Assembly (NCBI GenBank): GCA_963727825.1
Contig: CAVSHO010000009.1
Location: 512,001-576,000 of the forward strand
From: Ignavibacteriota bacterium
GTDB taxonomy: Bacteria > Bacteroidota > Ignavibacteria > UBA10030
Length of the DNA: 64,000 nucleotides
Reading direction: 5' to 3'
The notes beneath the pieces were generated by a model. The model saw only the letters and a program-made list of their open reading frames with translations, was not told the origin of the DNA and made no database searches. Shown one piece after another: positions 20,741-32,502 of the stretch. How positions within the stretch are numbered: the first letter of the stretch is position 1; each line of letters begins with the position of its first letter. The translations under genes were made by a program, and so were the position numbers.

Positions 20741-21228
20741 AGCTGTACTACCACAATTTGTATAATTCCAGTATAACTTCCGGCTACCTGATTATTTGAC
20801 GTCGTTACTCTTCCGCCTGCCCATATATAAAGATTTCCATCAGCGCCGGTAGCCGCCGATCCGCCTGTTGTATGTTTAAATTGCGTTGCCGATGCCGCAT
20901 CCGGAATTGTGTTGTAAATAGGAGATATCGTATAAAAATTCATTGTGTTGCTTCCGCAAATCAATTCATTCGGGAAAGTTATGGTGACCTGCACATTTGT
21001 ATTAACATCACCATTGAATAAAAACTCTGCTGCATGTGCATCTGTCGGTAGGACTGTCGTGTTCATTCCTACGATCAAATTGCCAAAGTCAAGATCGGCA
21101 AGCTTTGTAATAGTAGCAAATCCTAATACCGAAAATGTGCCCATTGCTGTTGCCGATGCTGTCACCTGAGCAATGCTCATACTGCCGAAAAGAGAAATGA
21201 ACAACATTGTTTGTTTAATGTATTTCAT
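20737..21228 (-). CDS. DUF4402-like minor pilus subunit
   Basis: Signal peptide; ADLDFG; C-terminal LYIWAGGRV..QVAGSYTGIIQIVV. Confidence 0.72.
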   Translation of the reverse strand: MKYIKQTMLFISLFGSMSIAQVTASATAMGTFSVLGFATITKLADLDFGNLIVGMNTTVLPTDAHAAEFLFNGDVNTNVQVTITFPNELICGSNTMNFYTISPIYNTIPDAASATQFKHTTGGSAATGADGNLYIWAGGRVTTSNNQVAGSYTGIIQIVVVQL

Positions 21229-21281
21229 TATGACAATAAGGTATAAAAAGGATGTATGATTATCAACGAATGTACAAAACG

Positions 21282-21310
21282 AAGGGGCTACCGTTTTCCG
21301 GTAACCCCTT
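21282..21310 (-). terminator. Hairpin (terminator or mRNA-stabilising) after the major subunit gene
   Basis: Minus-strand AAGGGGTTACCG-GAAAA-CGGTAGCCCCTT followed by CGTTTTG. The single mismatch is a G-U pair only on the minus strand. Confidence 0.7.
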
Positions 21311-21337
21311 GCGAAAACTTACACTAATCTGATATCA

Positions 21338-21823
21338 TTATGGTTGTGTAACTGCAACTGTAATTTGACCAGTATACTGCCCTGCTACCTGTGCTGGATC
21401 TGCTGTAACTCCACCACCAGCATATATCCACAATTGACCTGCTCCGGTTGTGGTTGCTGCCCCGCCGGTCAACCCAGCTAATGCAGTAGATGTTGCAGGG
21501 TTCGCTACAGTATTTGTTCGCGGGATTTGCCCGGTGAACGTCATTGTGTTTGTGAGATAAGATAGTGTTGCAGGAAATGTAACCGTTATTGTTGATGAGG
21601 CATTTGCCGCTCCTGTGAACAGGAATGAAGCAGCATTAGCTACGTTTGATGCCCAGAATACTGTCTGCCCTTGAGTTGCAGTAAGGGCTGCCAAGTCAGT
21701 AAGTTTTCCCAATGTTAATGCTACATTAACATTGGCTGTTATATTTGCGTTCTGTGATACTTGCGCAAATGACACAACAGAAACAACCAACAATAAAACG
21801 ACGACTACGAGAAGCTTTTTCAT
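21338..21823 (-). CDS. DUF4402-like major pilus subunit
   Basis: Signal peptide; Ala/Thr/Gly/Val-rich mature chain; C-terminal LWIYAGGGV..QVAGQYTGQITVAV; first gene of the cluster and followed by a hairpin. Confidence 0.72.
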   Translation of the reverse strand: MKKLLVVVVLLLVVSVVSFAQVSQNANITANVNVALTLGKLTDLAALTATQGQTVFWASNVANAASFLFTGAANASSTITVTFPATLSYLTNTMTFTGQIPRTNTVANPATSTALAGLTGGAATTTGAGQLWIYAGGGVTADPAQVAGQYTGQITVAVTQP

Positions 21824-22249
21824 AAATTACCCTTTATATTGTATTAATGAATATGTGGTTTTACTAATTTACCCAATGAATTAATATAAAATACACTCTT
21901 ACTACTGGCAATAGGTATTTTCACTTATTCGCCATAGGTGTTTCCACCTATATAGAATTTATAACAAACTCAAGCAAAATTATCATTTTTCCCAATAACT
22001 ATCAAAAATGCTTATGATATACTTTCTTCCTGTTGGGATTAGAACATGGTATGCGGCACATAAGTTCCTACTATTTCTTGTCTCAGCAGTTTGAACAAAC
22101 AGTTAAAGAAAAATACCGTTGCTTAAATTTTGCAACAACCTAATTATACTTTTAACAAATAACTCACAAATATACATCCAATGGTAAGATGAATTTACTC
22201 TTCATCGAGCCAGCGATTTCATCTCATTTCTCGCATTTTCTTTTTTAAT

Positions 22250-22439
22250 TAGAACCTATCTCAAAAACAATAACGTAGTCAGTCTGAGTGAGCGCCTATG
22301 GCGCCGTCGCTTTCAGCGCCATCTCCGACATGGCGTAAAGCGCCACTTGTCGAATATTGACTATGTCCTGATTATTCACCCTTCGACGAGCTCAGGGGGA
22401 CATTTTTTATAGAATATTCTATTTTTGAGATGGCTTCTA
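22250..22439. mobile_element. MITE-like element with terminal inverted repeats and REP-like internal cargo
   Basis: TAGAACCTATCTCAAAAA (22250-22267) and TTTTTGAGATGGCTTCTA (22422-22439) are 16/18 inverted matches. No ORF inside; internal ttgtcgaa...cttcgacgagctcag pattern. Confidence 0.6.
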
Positions 22440-22529
22440 GTAACAATATACCTGTGGTTTGCTTGAGCAGGCAAAAAACATTATATTTTTCGCAGTCAAT
22501 TACTCATTATCAAAGAGCGCTAAGCTATC

Positions 22530-23340
22530 GTGGCAAAAATTATTGTCGTAGCAAATCAAAAAGGAGGCGTTGGCAAAACTACTACCGCTATTAATTTAGC
22601 AGCTTCATTGGCTGCAGCGGAGAAGCGGGTTCTGTTGGTTGATAATGATCCGCAGGCAAATGCCACAAGCGGTGTTGGCTCCGCCGGTATTGATGGAAAA
22701 ACAATTTACGAGGTGCTCATTGGAGGAGCAGAAGCGGCAGAAGTAATCCAACCGACACAAATGCCTTACTTATCCGTTCTTCCATCGCATATCAATCTTG
22801 TCGGTGCTGAAATTGAAATGGTAGAGATGGAAAATCGAGAACACCTGCTCACGAACGCACTTCTGCCGGTGCGCGAGCGCTTCGACTTTGTAGTTGTAGA
22901 TTGTCCGCCTTCACTTGGCTTGTTGACTTTAAATGCTTTGACGGCAGCGGATTCTGTTCTCATTCCCGTTCAGTGCGAATACTTTGCACTTGAAGGACTC
23001 GGTCAGCTTTTCAGTACTATCAATATGGTTAAGAAGACATTGAATCCCAAACTAGACATCGAAGGCGTATTGCTGACAATGTTCGATTCGCGCCTTCGGC
23101 TCTCAAACCAAATTGTTGAAGAAGTGAAACGTTACTTCGGCGATAAAGTTTTCGCCACGATTGTTTCACGCAATATCCGATTAAGCGAAGCGCCAAGTTT
23201 CGGCAAACCGATTATTCTTTACGATGCCATCTGCACCGGCACGACGAAATTATATGGAACTTGCAAAAGAAGTATTAAAGAACAACAAGTTCTTTGCCGT
23301 CGAACCTCTGTTAAATGAAAATACTTTCATCGGACCATAA
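22530..23340 (+). CDS. parA: Chromosome partitioning ATPase ParA/Soj (1-bp frameshift near 23248)
   Basis: [31 protein letters not shown]. Removing one A at 23247-23249 restores the normal ..[10 protein letters not shown].. ending, with TAA at 23340. Confidence 0.92.
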
Positions 23341-23344
23341 GCTT

Positions 23345-24253
23345 ATGAGTGATCAGAAAAAATCAGTTCTTGGACGCGGACTTAATGCGCTCATCCCGAA
23401 AAACCCGCGGATGGAAGTAAACGTGCGGGACGGTTCAGTAGGACACGACACAGGCGAGATGGGCATAATTGCCAGTATCGACATCGCCAAGATTCAGTCA
23501 AATCCATTCCAACCACGCATTGATTTCGATCAAGAATCGCTCAAAGAACTCACACATTCGATACAGGAAAAAGGCGTCATTCAGCCGATTACCGTGCGGC
23601 GGATTGATGCGGGGTATCAAATTATTTCCGGTGAACGGCGTCTTCGCGCAACTCAAGCGGCGCACCTGCGGCAAATTCCCGCATACATCATTGCAGTCGA
23701 AACCGACGAAGAAATGCTGGAGCTTGCCCTCATCGAAAACATTCAGCGCGAATATCTGAACTCGATGGAAATTGCCAACGCCTACCAGCGCCTCATCGAT
23801 GAATGCCACATGTCACAGGATGACATTGCGAAGCGCGTCGGCAAAGACCGAAGCACCGTTACTAATTTCATCCGCTTGCTGAAACTGCCGATGAAAATAC
23901 AGGATGGATTGCGGAAAGATAAAATTTCGATGGGGCATGCGCGCGCACTTATCGCGCTTCCAAATGAACGAATACAGCTACGGCTTTACGAAAAAATTGT
24001 AGATGGCGGACTATCCGTGCGGAAAGTGGAAGATATTGTCCGCGCCGCTCAACAACCTAAGAAAAAATCCGGGCCGCACAAAGAAAACAGCGGCGCATCG
24101 GCAAGCATTCAAAGTTTGGAAGAGCGATTGCGCCAGGCACTCGGCACAAAAGTTAAAGTAAAAACCAAAGGATCGGGACGCGGCGAGATTGTAGTGGAAT
24201 ACTATTCACTTGACGATTTTGACCGGTTGATGGATTTATTCACTGGAAAGTAA
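23345..24253 (+). CDS. parB: Chromosome partitioning protein ParB/Spo0J
   Basis: LGRGLNALI, NPFQPR, ISGERRLRA, LIENIQRE and HTH (VGKDRSTVTN). Start taken at the ATG at 23345. Confidence 0.95.
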   Translation: MSDQKKSVLGRGLNALIPKNPRMEVNVRDGSVGHDTGEMGIIASIDIAKIQSNPFQPRIDFDQESLKELTHSIQEKGVIQPITVRRIDAGYQIISGERRLRATQAAHLRQIPAYIIAVETDEEMLELALIENIQREYLNSMEIANAYQRLIDECHMSQDDIAKRVGKDRSTVTNFIRLLKLPMKIQDGLRKDKISMGHARALIALPNERIQLRLYEKIVDGGLSVRKVEDIVRAAQQPKKKSGPHKENSGASASIQSLEERLRQALGTKVKVKTKGSGRGEIVVEYYSLDDFDRLMDLFTGK

Positions 24254-24351
24254 TAATTAGGAATTTTGTATTAGGGGTTAGTGATTGTAAAATATATCAG
24301 AAATTTCGCTTTTGACTTTTTTCTTAACACAATAATAATACTGAATTAATC

Positions 24352-24741
24352 ATGTCAATTAAAAAAATTCTAACCGAAAAAGCTCCCGCACCAATTGGCC
24401 CTTACAGTCAGGCAATTCTGGTAGATGGAAAATTTCTTTACACTGCCGGACAGGTACCAATAGATCCTGCAACAGGCAAAATTGTTGAAGGTGACATTAG
24501 AGTGCAAACTCGACAAGTATTGAAAAATCTTGAAGCAATTCTTATTGCGGGAGGCGCTTCACTTAAGTCTGTCATAAAGACAACTGTTTTTTTAAAAAAT
24601 ATGAATGACTTTGCGGTAATGAATGAAGTGTACGCAGAATTTCTTGGCGACGCTTCCCCGGCGCGCAGTGCAGTGGAAGTAGCTCGCTTACCGCGCGATG
24701 TTAGTATAGAAATTGAAGCAATTGCTATTGTTGAGAAATGA
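24352..24741 (+). CDS. ridA: RidA/YjgF family enamine deaminase
   Basis: [24 protein letters not shown] and IEIEAIA motifs. Confidence 0.92.
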   Translation: MSIKKILTEKAPAPIGPYSQAILVDGKFLYTAGQVPIDPATGKIVEGDIRVQTRQVLKNLEAILIAGGASLKSVIKTTVFLKNMNDFAVMNEVYAEFLGDASPARSAVEVARLPRDVSIEIEAIAIVEK

Positions 24742-25343
24742 ACGCTGGCTTGAATATTTTCCCAATGAAAAACTATTCGGCATTACTTGTGATCACTTCG
24801 ATATTCTTTTTTATTTCATACACTAATACCGACGCACAAACCAAAGTCACATCGGCTTTAATAAAACCGGATACGGCAGAAGCTCAGTACCAATTAAACG
24901 ACTCACTCGGCATTCGAGGCGGAAAAATAAAACTCATCTCTGATGTGCATGCCAAATCCGGATCGTTAGCGATGTTGTTCTCCGCTTTGCTGCCGGGAGC
25001 CGGTCAGGTATATGCTCATCGGTACTATACAATTCCATTCATTTGGGGATTTAGCGCTTACTTTATTTCGGTGGCAATAAAAGCGAATAATCAATATATG
25101 GACTATCGTGGAAAATTCTCGGAATCGGTTAAGTTGGATATAATAAATAATTCTGGAGATCAAAACCTATTAAGTGCACGCGATTTCTATCACGATCAGC
25201 GAGACGAATATATTCTCTACTTTGGCCTGACATATTTTCTCAATATAATTGACGCCTACGTTGGTGCAACACTGTTCGACTTTGATGTTTCAGATGAACT
25301 TGGCGGCAGCGCAAAAATTCAGTTTCATGTTCCTCTTCGCTAA
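24738..25343 (+). CDS. DUF5683-like membrane protein
   Basis: [11 protein letters not shown] and [16 protein letters not shown] motifs. Confidence 0.7.
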   Translation: MNAGLNIFPMKNYSALLVITSIFFFISYTNTDAQTKVTSALIKPDTAEAQYQLNDSLGIRGGKIKLISDVHAKSGSLAMLFSALLPGAGQVYAHRYYTIPFIWGFSAYFISVAIKANNQYMDYRGKFSESVKLDIINNSGDQNLLSARDFYHDQRDEYILYFGLTYFLNIIDAYVGATLFDFDVSDELGGSAKIQFHVPLR

Positions 25344-25574
25344 GCAAGCAAATCTCGCAACGCACCTTCAAGTTTCAGAAATTGAAATTTAAATTCGACA
25401 TCAATCAGTTTTTGGGAAAGCATTGCGGTGGCGTCAGGAGTTGTCTCCTGACGCTGACATTGGTAATTTCCATGATTTTTACTTTACAGTGTCAGGACGA
25501 AAGTCCTGACACCAATCTTATACACCTCTTCGCTAAGCAAGCAGATCTTTCAATGTACTTTCAAACTTCGGAAA
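25332..25574 (+). repeat. Diverged 50-bp direct repeat (25332-25381 and 25525-25574)
   Basis: 41/50 identity, first 19 nt identical (cctcttcgctaagcaagca). Copy 1 includes the stop codon of the upstream gene. Confidence 0.8.
25429..25514. repeat. Inverted pair of related hairpins (REPIN-like)
   Basis: gcgtcaggag-ttgt-ctcctgacgc (25431-25454) and gtgtcaggac-gaaa-gtcctgacac (25489-25512), oriented as approximate reverse complements of each other. Confidence 0.7.
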
Positions 25575-25602
25575 TGGTTAGTGATGTCCCGACCGCATTA
25601 AA

Positions 25603-25838
25603 ATGGCAGACATGTGCAACGGGAAAGGATATGCGACCGAGGCTTCGATAAAAACGATTTATTACATTTTTAATGAGTTAAACAAGTACCGAATAATATC
25701 CTCAATTGAGCCAAGAAATAAAAAATCAATAGGATTGGTCGAGCGATTAGGTTTTAGGAAAGAGGCACATTTTAAGGAAAGTGTTTTGGTTCGTGAAGAG
25801 ATTTAGTCTATGCAATTCTTAAAGATGAATGGATGAAA
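25603..25838 (+). pseudogene. C-terminal remnant of a RimJ/RimL GNAT acetyltransferase
   Basis: GKGYATEA...N.KSIGLVERLGFRKEAHFKE, continuing in another frame as DLVYAILKDEW. The N-terminal half is missing. Confidence 0.7.
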
Positions 25839-25839
25839 G

Positions 25840-25897
25840 GTAGAGTCCGATCACCAGATCGGACAATATGAGAGTCCAGTCGGTGATTGGACTCTAC
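25840..25897. repeat. GTAG-type REP doublet
   Basis: gtagagtccgatcacc ... ggtgattggactctac (15/16 inverted match) with internal hairpins. Confidence 0.75.
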
Positions 25898-25973
25898 ACT
25901 GACTTCTGATTTCTACTTCGCTTTCTCTCACCTTGCTCTTCTGCGCATTTTCCGGTATATTTTCAATAGTTAG

Positions 25974-27880
<1,907 letters not shown>

Positions 27881-27942
27881 GAGATTCGATTAAATGATTT
27901 GGTGATTTTTTTGATTGAGATAACAATAAATTGGAAATAATT

Positions 27943-28850
27943 ATGAGCAACGACAAAAAACAGAAAAAAGAAGAGCCGCCAATAGCGACTACATTCAAAG
28001 AAAAAACACTGGCATTCCTAAAAGAAACAGGAATTGTCCTGGGTTTGTTTCTTCTCATCAATAATTTTGTAATTGCATCTTTCCTTGTTCCGACTGGTTC
28101 AATGGAAAATGAAGTGCTCACTGGCGAACTGCTCTTCGTCAACAAATTTATCTATGGCGGAACTTCGCCCCGGAATATTCCATTTCACAAATGTGCGTCT
28201 GCCATGGTTTCGCATTCCAGCATTCAGAGATGTGAAGCGCGGTGATGTGATTGTGTTTGTTTTCCCCGGTATGCGGGACGAAGTAGAATCACCGGATTTT
28301 ACTTTCTATCTGAAACGATGTGTTGGGAGTTTCAGGGGATACAATTCAGATACGCAACCGGGTATTATCTGTCAATGGACAAATGTTGCCTTTGCCGCGC
28401 AATGTGAAATTCGATCATGGGTGGTCAGTTCCAGCAACCGAACCAGATGATCGCATTTTCCCGGCCGGTTCTGGTTGGAATGAAGACAACTTCGGTCCAC
28501 TTGTGGTACCAAAACAAGGAATGATGATTGCATTAAATGCACAAAATATTTCCGCTTGGCAAATATTTATCCAACGGGAGGGACATACGGTAGAGTCTGT
28601 TGCAGGAACCGTGTTTGTGGATGGCAAACCGGCAACATCTTATACTGTACAGCGTGATTATCTGTTTGGTATGGGTGACCACCGCGACAATAGCCTTGAC
28701 GGCCGCTACTGGGGTTTTATTCCCAAAGAAAATATTGTCGGCACACCTATGATCGTCTATTGGTCATGGAACACCGATCTTCCTTTATACGATATTTTCG
28801 GAAGACTCGCTTCCGTGCGATGGGGCCGCATTGGGTCGCTCATTAAATAA
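27943..28850 (+). CDS. lepB: Signal peptidase I (two 1-bp frameshifts near 28184 and 28326)
   Basis: VPTGSMEN, RGDVIVF, YLKRC and MGDHRDNSLDGRYWGF boxes are spread over three frames. Confidence 0.88.
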
Positions 28851-29773
28851 TGCCGGAACAATCGAAGCATAACAAGATTACGAAAAAAACAGATCCTTCT
28901 CTGCTCAAAGAGAAAAATCTTGCCTTAACGCTGATCGAGTACGGCAAAACGATTCTAATCACTATGCTTGTGGCGCTGGTTCTGAAATTATTTGTGATTG
29001 ATGCATACCGCATTCCATCCAAGTCAATGGAAAACACACTTCAAGTCGGCGATTTTTTATTAGTGAACAAATTAGCCTACGGCATTCACACGCCTCGCCA
29101 TTTACCATTTACGGCGACCTCGCTCTTTTCATTTACTTTTTCCTTATTTCGGAATGTACATCGCGGTGACGTAGTAGTGTTCGAATTCCCCGGTGGCAAA
29201 AACGAAGTGGAACCAACAGAATCAGTGAATTACATTAAACGATGCATTGGATTACCCGGTGATACGATAGAAATTCGATATGGCAAAGTACTTGTTAATG
29301 GAATCGAAACAAGCTTTCCTATACAAGGCAAAAATACAATTCACTTAACCGACAATGCTTTTCGACGAAACGCAGAAATGTACCCGGAGGGTTCGGCATT
29401 CAGTGATGTCAATTATGGACCGGTGGTCGTGCCAAAACGAAATGACATTCTAAAAATTGATCCTGCAACATTTTCTCAATGGCGCATTTTTATCGAGCGC
29501 GAAGGGCATAGCGTTCAAATCAATGCCGATACGATTCTCATTGATGGTGCAGTGACTTCTAATTATCGCATACAGCAGAACTACTACTTTGTTCTTGGCG
29601 ACAATCGCGATAACAGTATGGACAGCCGCTATTGGGGATTTGTACCAAATGATCATTTAATCGGTGAAGCACTATTTATTTATTGGTCATGGGATCCAGA
29701 AATTCCGGTATATAGCATATCTGAAAAATATTCAACTATCAGATGGAATAGAATTGGAACGCTGATACGATAA
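28850..29773 (+). CDS. lepB: Signal peptidase I, second tandem paralog
   Basis: IPSKSMENTL, YIKRCIG and LGDNRDNSMDSRYWGF motifs. Confidence 0.93.
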   Translation: MPEQSKHNKITKKTDPSLLKEKNLALTLIEYGKTILITMLVALVLKLFVIDAYRIPSKSMENTLQVGDFLLVNKLAYGIHTPRHLPFTATSLFSFTFSLFRNVHRGDVVVFEFPGGKNEVEPTESVNYIKRCIGLPGDTIEIRYGKVLVNGIETSFPIQGKNTIHLTDNAFRRNAEMYPEGSAFSDVNYGPVVVPKRNDILKIDPATFSQWRIFIEREGHSVQINADTILIDGAVTSNYRIQQNYYFVLGDNRDNSMDSRYWGFVPNDHLIGEALFIYWSWDPEIPVYSISEKYSTIRWNRIGTLIR

Positions 29774-29856
29774 GAAGTGAAGTTTTAACCTATCATTTCC
29801 ACTGAACACTTGTCATTGCTTTCTTCAAACGCAATAAAAATCATAATGGTGCTATT

Positions 29857-29892
29857 AAAAAAGCCTACAAGTTGAATAAACCTGTAGGCTTT
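29857..29892 (-). terminator. Rho-independent terminator between convergent genes
   Basis: aaaaaagcctacaagtt...aacctgtaggcttt stem, with a T-run on the minus strand. Confidence 0.7.
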
Positions 29893-29914
29893 CCTTAAAA
29901 AAATGATCGTTTCT

Positions 29915-30766
29915 TTACATCAAATTAAAACTGATTCCCAATGCAAGGGTTTGTTTGATCTGCGTTCTTGCCTGCACTTGAGGATCGTTGATGAGCTGGA
30001 CATTTAAGTTCATAGAAATGAGTTTATTCACTTTTGCCGAAAGCGTATTATCACTTCGCACAGTCATACGATCGAATTGCTTCACGGGTGCGAATATTTC
30101 TAGTTTGGCATTCAGAACAATGTTCTCCATTATTGTCCAAGCAACTTCAGTAACCGATTCCAGACCGCCATCAACCTCTATTGTTTTTGTTGAATCGCCT
30201 ATATATGCCATTGCATATTTATTCACTACAATTTCACGCAAAGAAACACCTAATCTTGTCTTAACTACCGGGCCGGGCTGGTAACCAATACCAGCGGTTT
30301 GTGTAATATAAGCCGGATCAAAGAAATTCGAGACAGGCATTGCATTGCCAAGCGCATCATACTTGACGCCTTCTGTAAATTGCGTCTTTAGGGAAGCAGA
30401 CACAAACGGATTGATATATGTTTCAATTTTATAAGTAAAAACACTTTCCAGATCGATATCGTCATCCGTTTTGCGGATGCCCTGTGAACCAAGTTTTGCC
30501 TGTCCATATCCAAATTTATAGCTGTTTACCCAATTGACCACGTCAACTGCATATGTAGATTTCCCTTCTAAAAACAATGCATACGCAAGCGCATTTTCAC
30601 CTCCTTGCGCCCAATCTGTAAAAGATACCTGCGTAACATTTGCACTGATTATCATCGTGTGCTTCCACGATGTGTCGGTCAACGCCGTCGGTACTACGGG
30701 CTTGGATTCCTGTGCTACAGCAATGCTTGCTGTGAATAATAACAAAAATGATAGTATTGTTTTCAT
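29915..30766 (-). CDS. DUF3078-like outer-membrane beta-barrel protein
   Basis: Signal peptide; QVSFTDWAQGGEN, RKTDD, FFDPAY, KQTLALGISF motifs. Confidence 0.75.
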   Translation of the reverse strand: MKTILSFLLLFTASIAVAQESKPVVPTALTDTSWKHTMIISANVTQVSFTDWAQGGENALAYALFLEGKSTYAVDVVNWVNSYKFGYGQAKLGSQGIRKTDDDIDLESVFTYKIETYINPFVSASLKTQFTEGVKYDALGNAMPVSNFFDPAYITQTAGIGYQPGPVVKTRLGVSLREIVVNKYAMAYIGDSTKTIEVDGGLESVTEVAWTIMENIVLNAKLEIFAPVKQFDRMTVRSDNTLSAKVNKLISMNLNVQLINDPQVQARTQIKQTLALGISFNLM

Positions 30767-30797
30767 AACACTCCTCGTATGGTAATAAATGTTGATA

Positions 30798-31220
30798 CTA
30801 TTTTAGAACGGTCGTACAATATCCGCATCGCTTCGCTTTGATAGGAATTGCCATCAAGCATTCCGGACATTCTTTTGTTGTTGAAATTGCCGTTACGGTT
30901 TCCGGTTTTTTTACTAGCCGATTCATTGCCTGAATAATCATAAACATTGCGAAAGCAACTATAAGAAAGTCGATGAGAATATTGATAAACATTCCGTATT
31001 TAATCACAACGGCTGCATGATCCGCGGCAGCTTCTTTTATGGTAATACCAAGATTGCTAAAATCCATGCCGCCGATAAGCATACCTATTGGTGGCATTAT
31101 AATATCGCTAACAAGTGAACTGATGATTTTGCCAAATGCCGCACCAATAATAATACCAACTGCCATATCGACAACATTGCCGCGCATTGCAAACGATTTG
31201 AATTCTTTAAACAGTGACAT
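30798..31220 (-). CDS. mscL: Large-conductance mechanosensitive channel with C-terminal Zn-ribbon
   Basis: [24 protein letters not shown]; tail [18 protein letters not shown]. Confidence 0.93.
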   Translation of the reverse strand: MSLFKEFKSFAMRGNVVDMAVGIIIGAAFGKIISSLVSDIIMPPIGMLIGGMDFSNLGITIKEAAADHAAVVIKYGMFINILIDFLIVAFAMFMIIQAMNRLVKKPETVTAISTTKECPECLMAIPIKAKRCGYCTTVLK

Positions 31221-31328
31221 GAATACCTCCTTTTATAGGTTAAAGAGATGCTCTACTCAAACTATTGACACGAATTAGAACAATGGTAATGAGTAAATGA
31301 ATTCCGGGGATTGATCAAACTATCGATT

Positions 31329-31709
31329 TTATTTTTTACTTTCCAATACTACTAACGCAACCACAGTTGTCTCGGTGTGAGAAAGCGACAGATGAACATT
31401 ACATTGCTCTAATGCTTTTGCTACTTCCCGCGACAGCAAAATGTGTGGTGCGCCGGACTGATCGTTCACAACTTCAATATCCCGCCAATGAAATGCTCCG
31501 CTCCATCCAGTTCGCATAGCTTTTGCCACCGCTTCTTTGGCAGCAAACCGTGCAGCAAAATGAATATATGGTTTCTTGCGAGTCTTACAGTATGTCACTT
31601 CCATATCACTGTAGACTTTATTGAGAAACGCTTTGCCCTGATTTTCCAGAACATCCCTCATCCGTTGAACATCCACTACATCTACACCAATACCTTGAAT
31701 TTTTCCCAT
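31329..31709 (-). CDS. acpS: Holo-ACP synthase
   Basis: GIGVDVV, ARFAAKEA and HLSLSH motifs. Confidence 0.93.
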   Translation of the reverse strand: MGKIQGIGVDVVDVQRMRDVLENQGKAFLNKVYSDMEVTYCKTRKKPYIHFAARFAAKEAVAKAMRTGWSGAFHWRDIEVVNDQSGAPHILLSREVAKALEQCNVHLSLSHTETTVVALVVLESKK

Positions 31710-31711
31710 AG

Positions 31712-32398
31712 CTACACTTTCTGATTTTGCTCTTTGACGATATCTATGACTTGCGAGATATCATCAATATCATAATCGGCATTTGAGATTTCTGTGCCGA
31801 AGGTGTTGCCGTACCGTGCAAATATAGTTTTCATTCCCACTTGTGCCGCGCCGACAACATCGCGCTCAGCCCAATCGCCCACCATCATTGCTTCAGATGG
31901 CTGCATTTGAAGCATATCTAAAATTTTCTTAAATGGTTCAGGATTAGGTTTTCGCCTGCCGGTATCTTCAAATGTTACAACTGCATCAAATAGATGATGG
32001 AAATTAAGATAACAAAGCCGGAGCCATGCCTCTTTTGCCGGTGCATCGGAAACAACACCAAGTTTGATATGCATCTTTGAAAGTTCGATAAGCGTCATTG
32101 TAACATGCGGATATGGAACAAGTGCCGTTTCTCTTGCGCGCCGGTAAGCAATTACACCGGCGGAAAGAATTTTATAATCAATTTTGCTGAACTCACGGTA
32201 TAGCAACTCATCAAAAACTTTTTGGAATTCTATTCCGCGCTCTTCGTAAATTTCATCTATGCCTTTGCGTATTTCTTCATTAGAAAGTTTCAGCCCGGCA
32301 TCGCGCATTGCGTTAATGGCGGCGTCGATTGCCTGCCGCTTCATCAACATAAAATCTACAAGTGTATTATCTAAATCAAAGATGACGGCTTTTATCAT
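31712..32398 (-). CDS. HAD-IA family hydrolase
   Basis: FDLDNTL, KPNP and MVGD..RD motifs. Confidence 0.9.
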   Translation of the reverse strand: MIKAVIFDLDNTLVDFMLMKRQAIDAAINAMRDAGLKLSNEEIRKGIDEIYEERGIEFQKVFDELLYREFSKIDYKILSAGVIAYRRARETALVPYPHVTMTLIELSKMHIKLGVVSDAPAKEAWLRLCYLNFHHLFDAVVTFEDTGRRKPNPEPFKKILDMLQMQPSEAMMVGDWAERDVVGAAQVGMKTIFARYGNTFGTEISNADYDIDDISQVIDIVKEQNQKV

Positions 32399-32502
32399 AA
32401 AAACAATAGTTATAGAACCTCAGTTTCAGCAAATGTTCTTCTATGGATAATGATAAGAATTTAACAAAACGGGTAATTGTAAACTGAATACCAACGACTT
32501 TC

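Noticed and set aside
21934-21951. ataggtg-tttc-cacctat inverted repeat in the pilus leader
   Set aside because: A single 7-bp stem in AT-rich DNA could be an operator but cannot be distinguished from chance.
22441-24350. parS site near parAB
   Set aside because: I found no good match to the TGTTTCACGTGAAACA consensus here.
25382-25651. 89-aa ORF in the track
   Set aside because: It runs across hairpin repeats and the duplicated segment, has a TTG start and shows no protein-like features.
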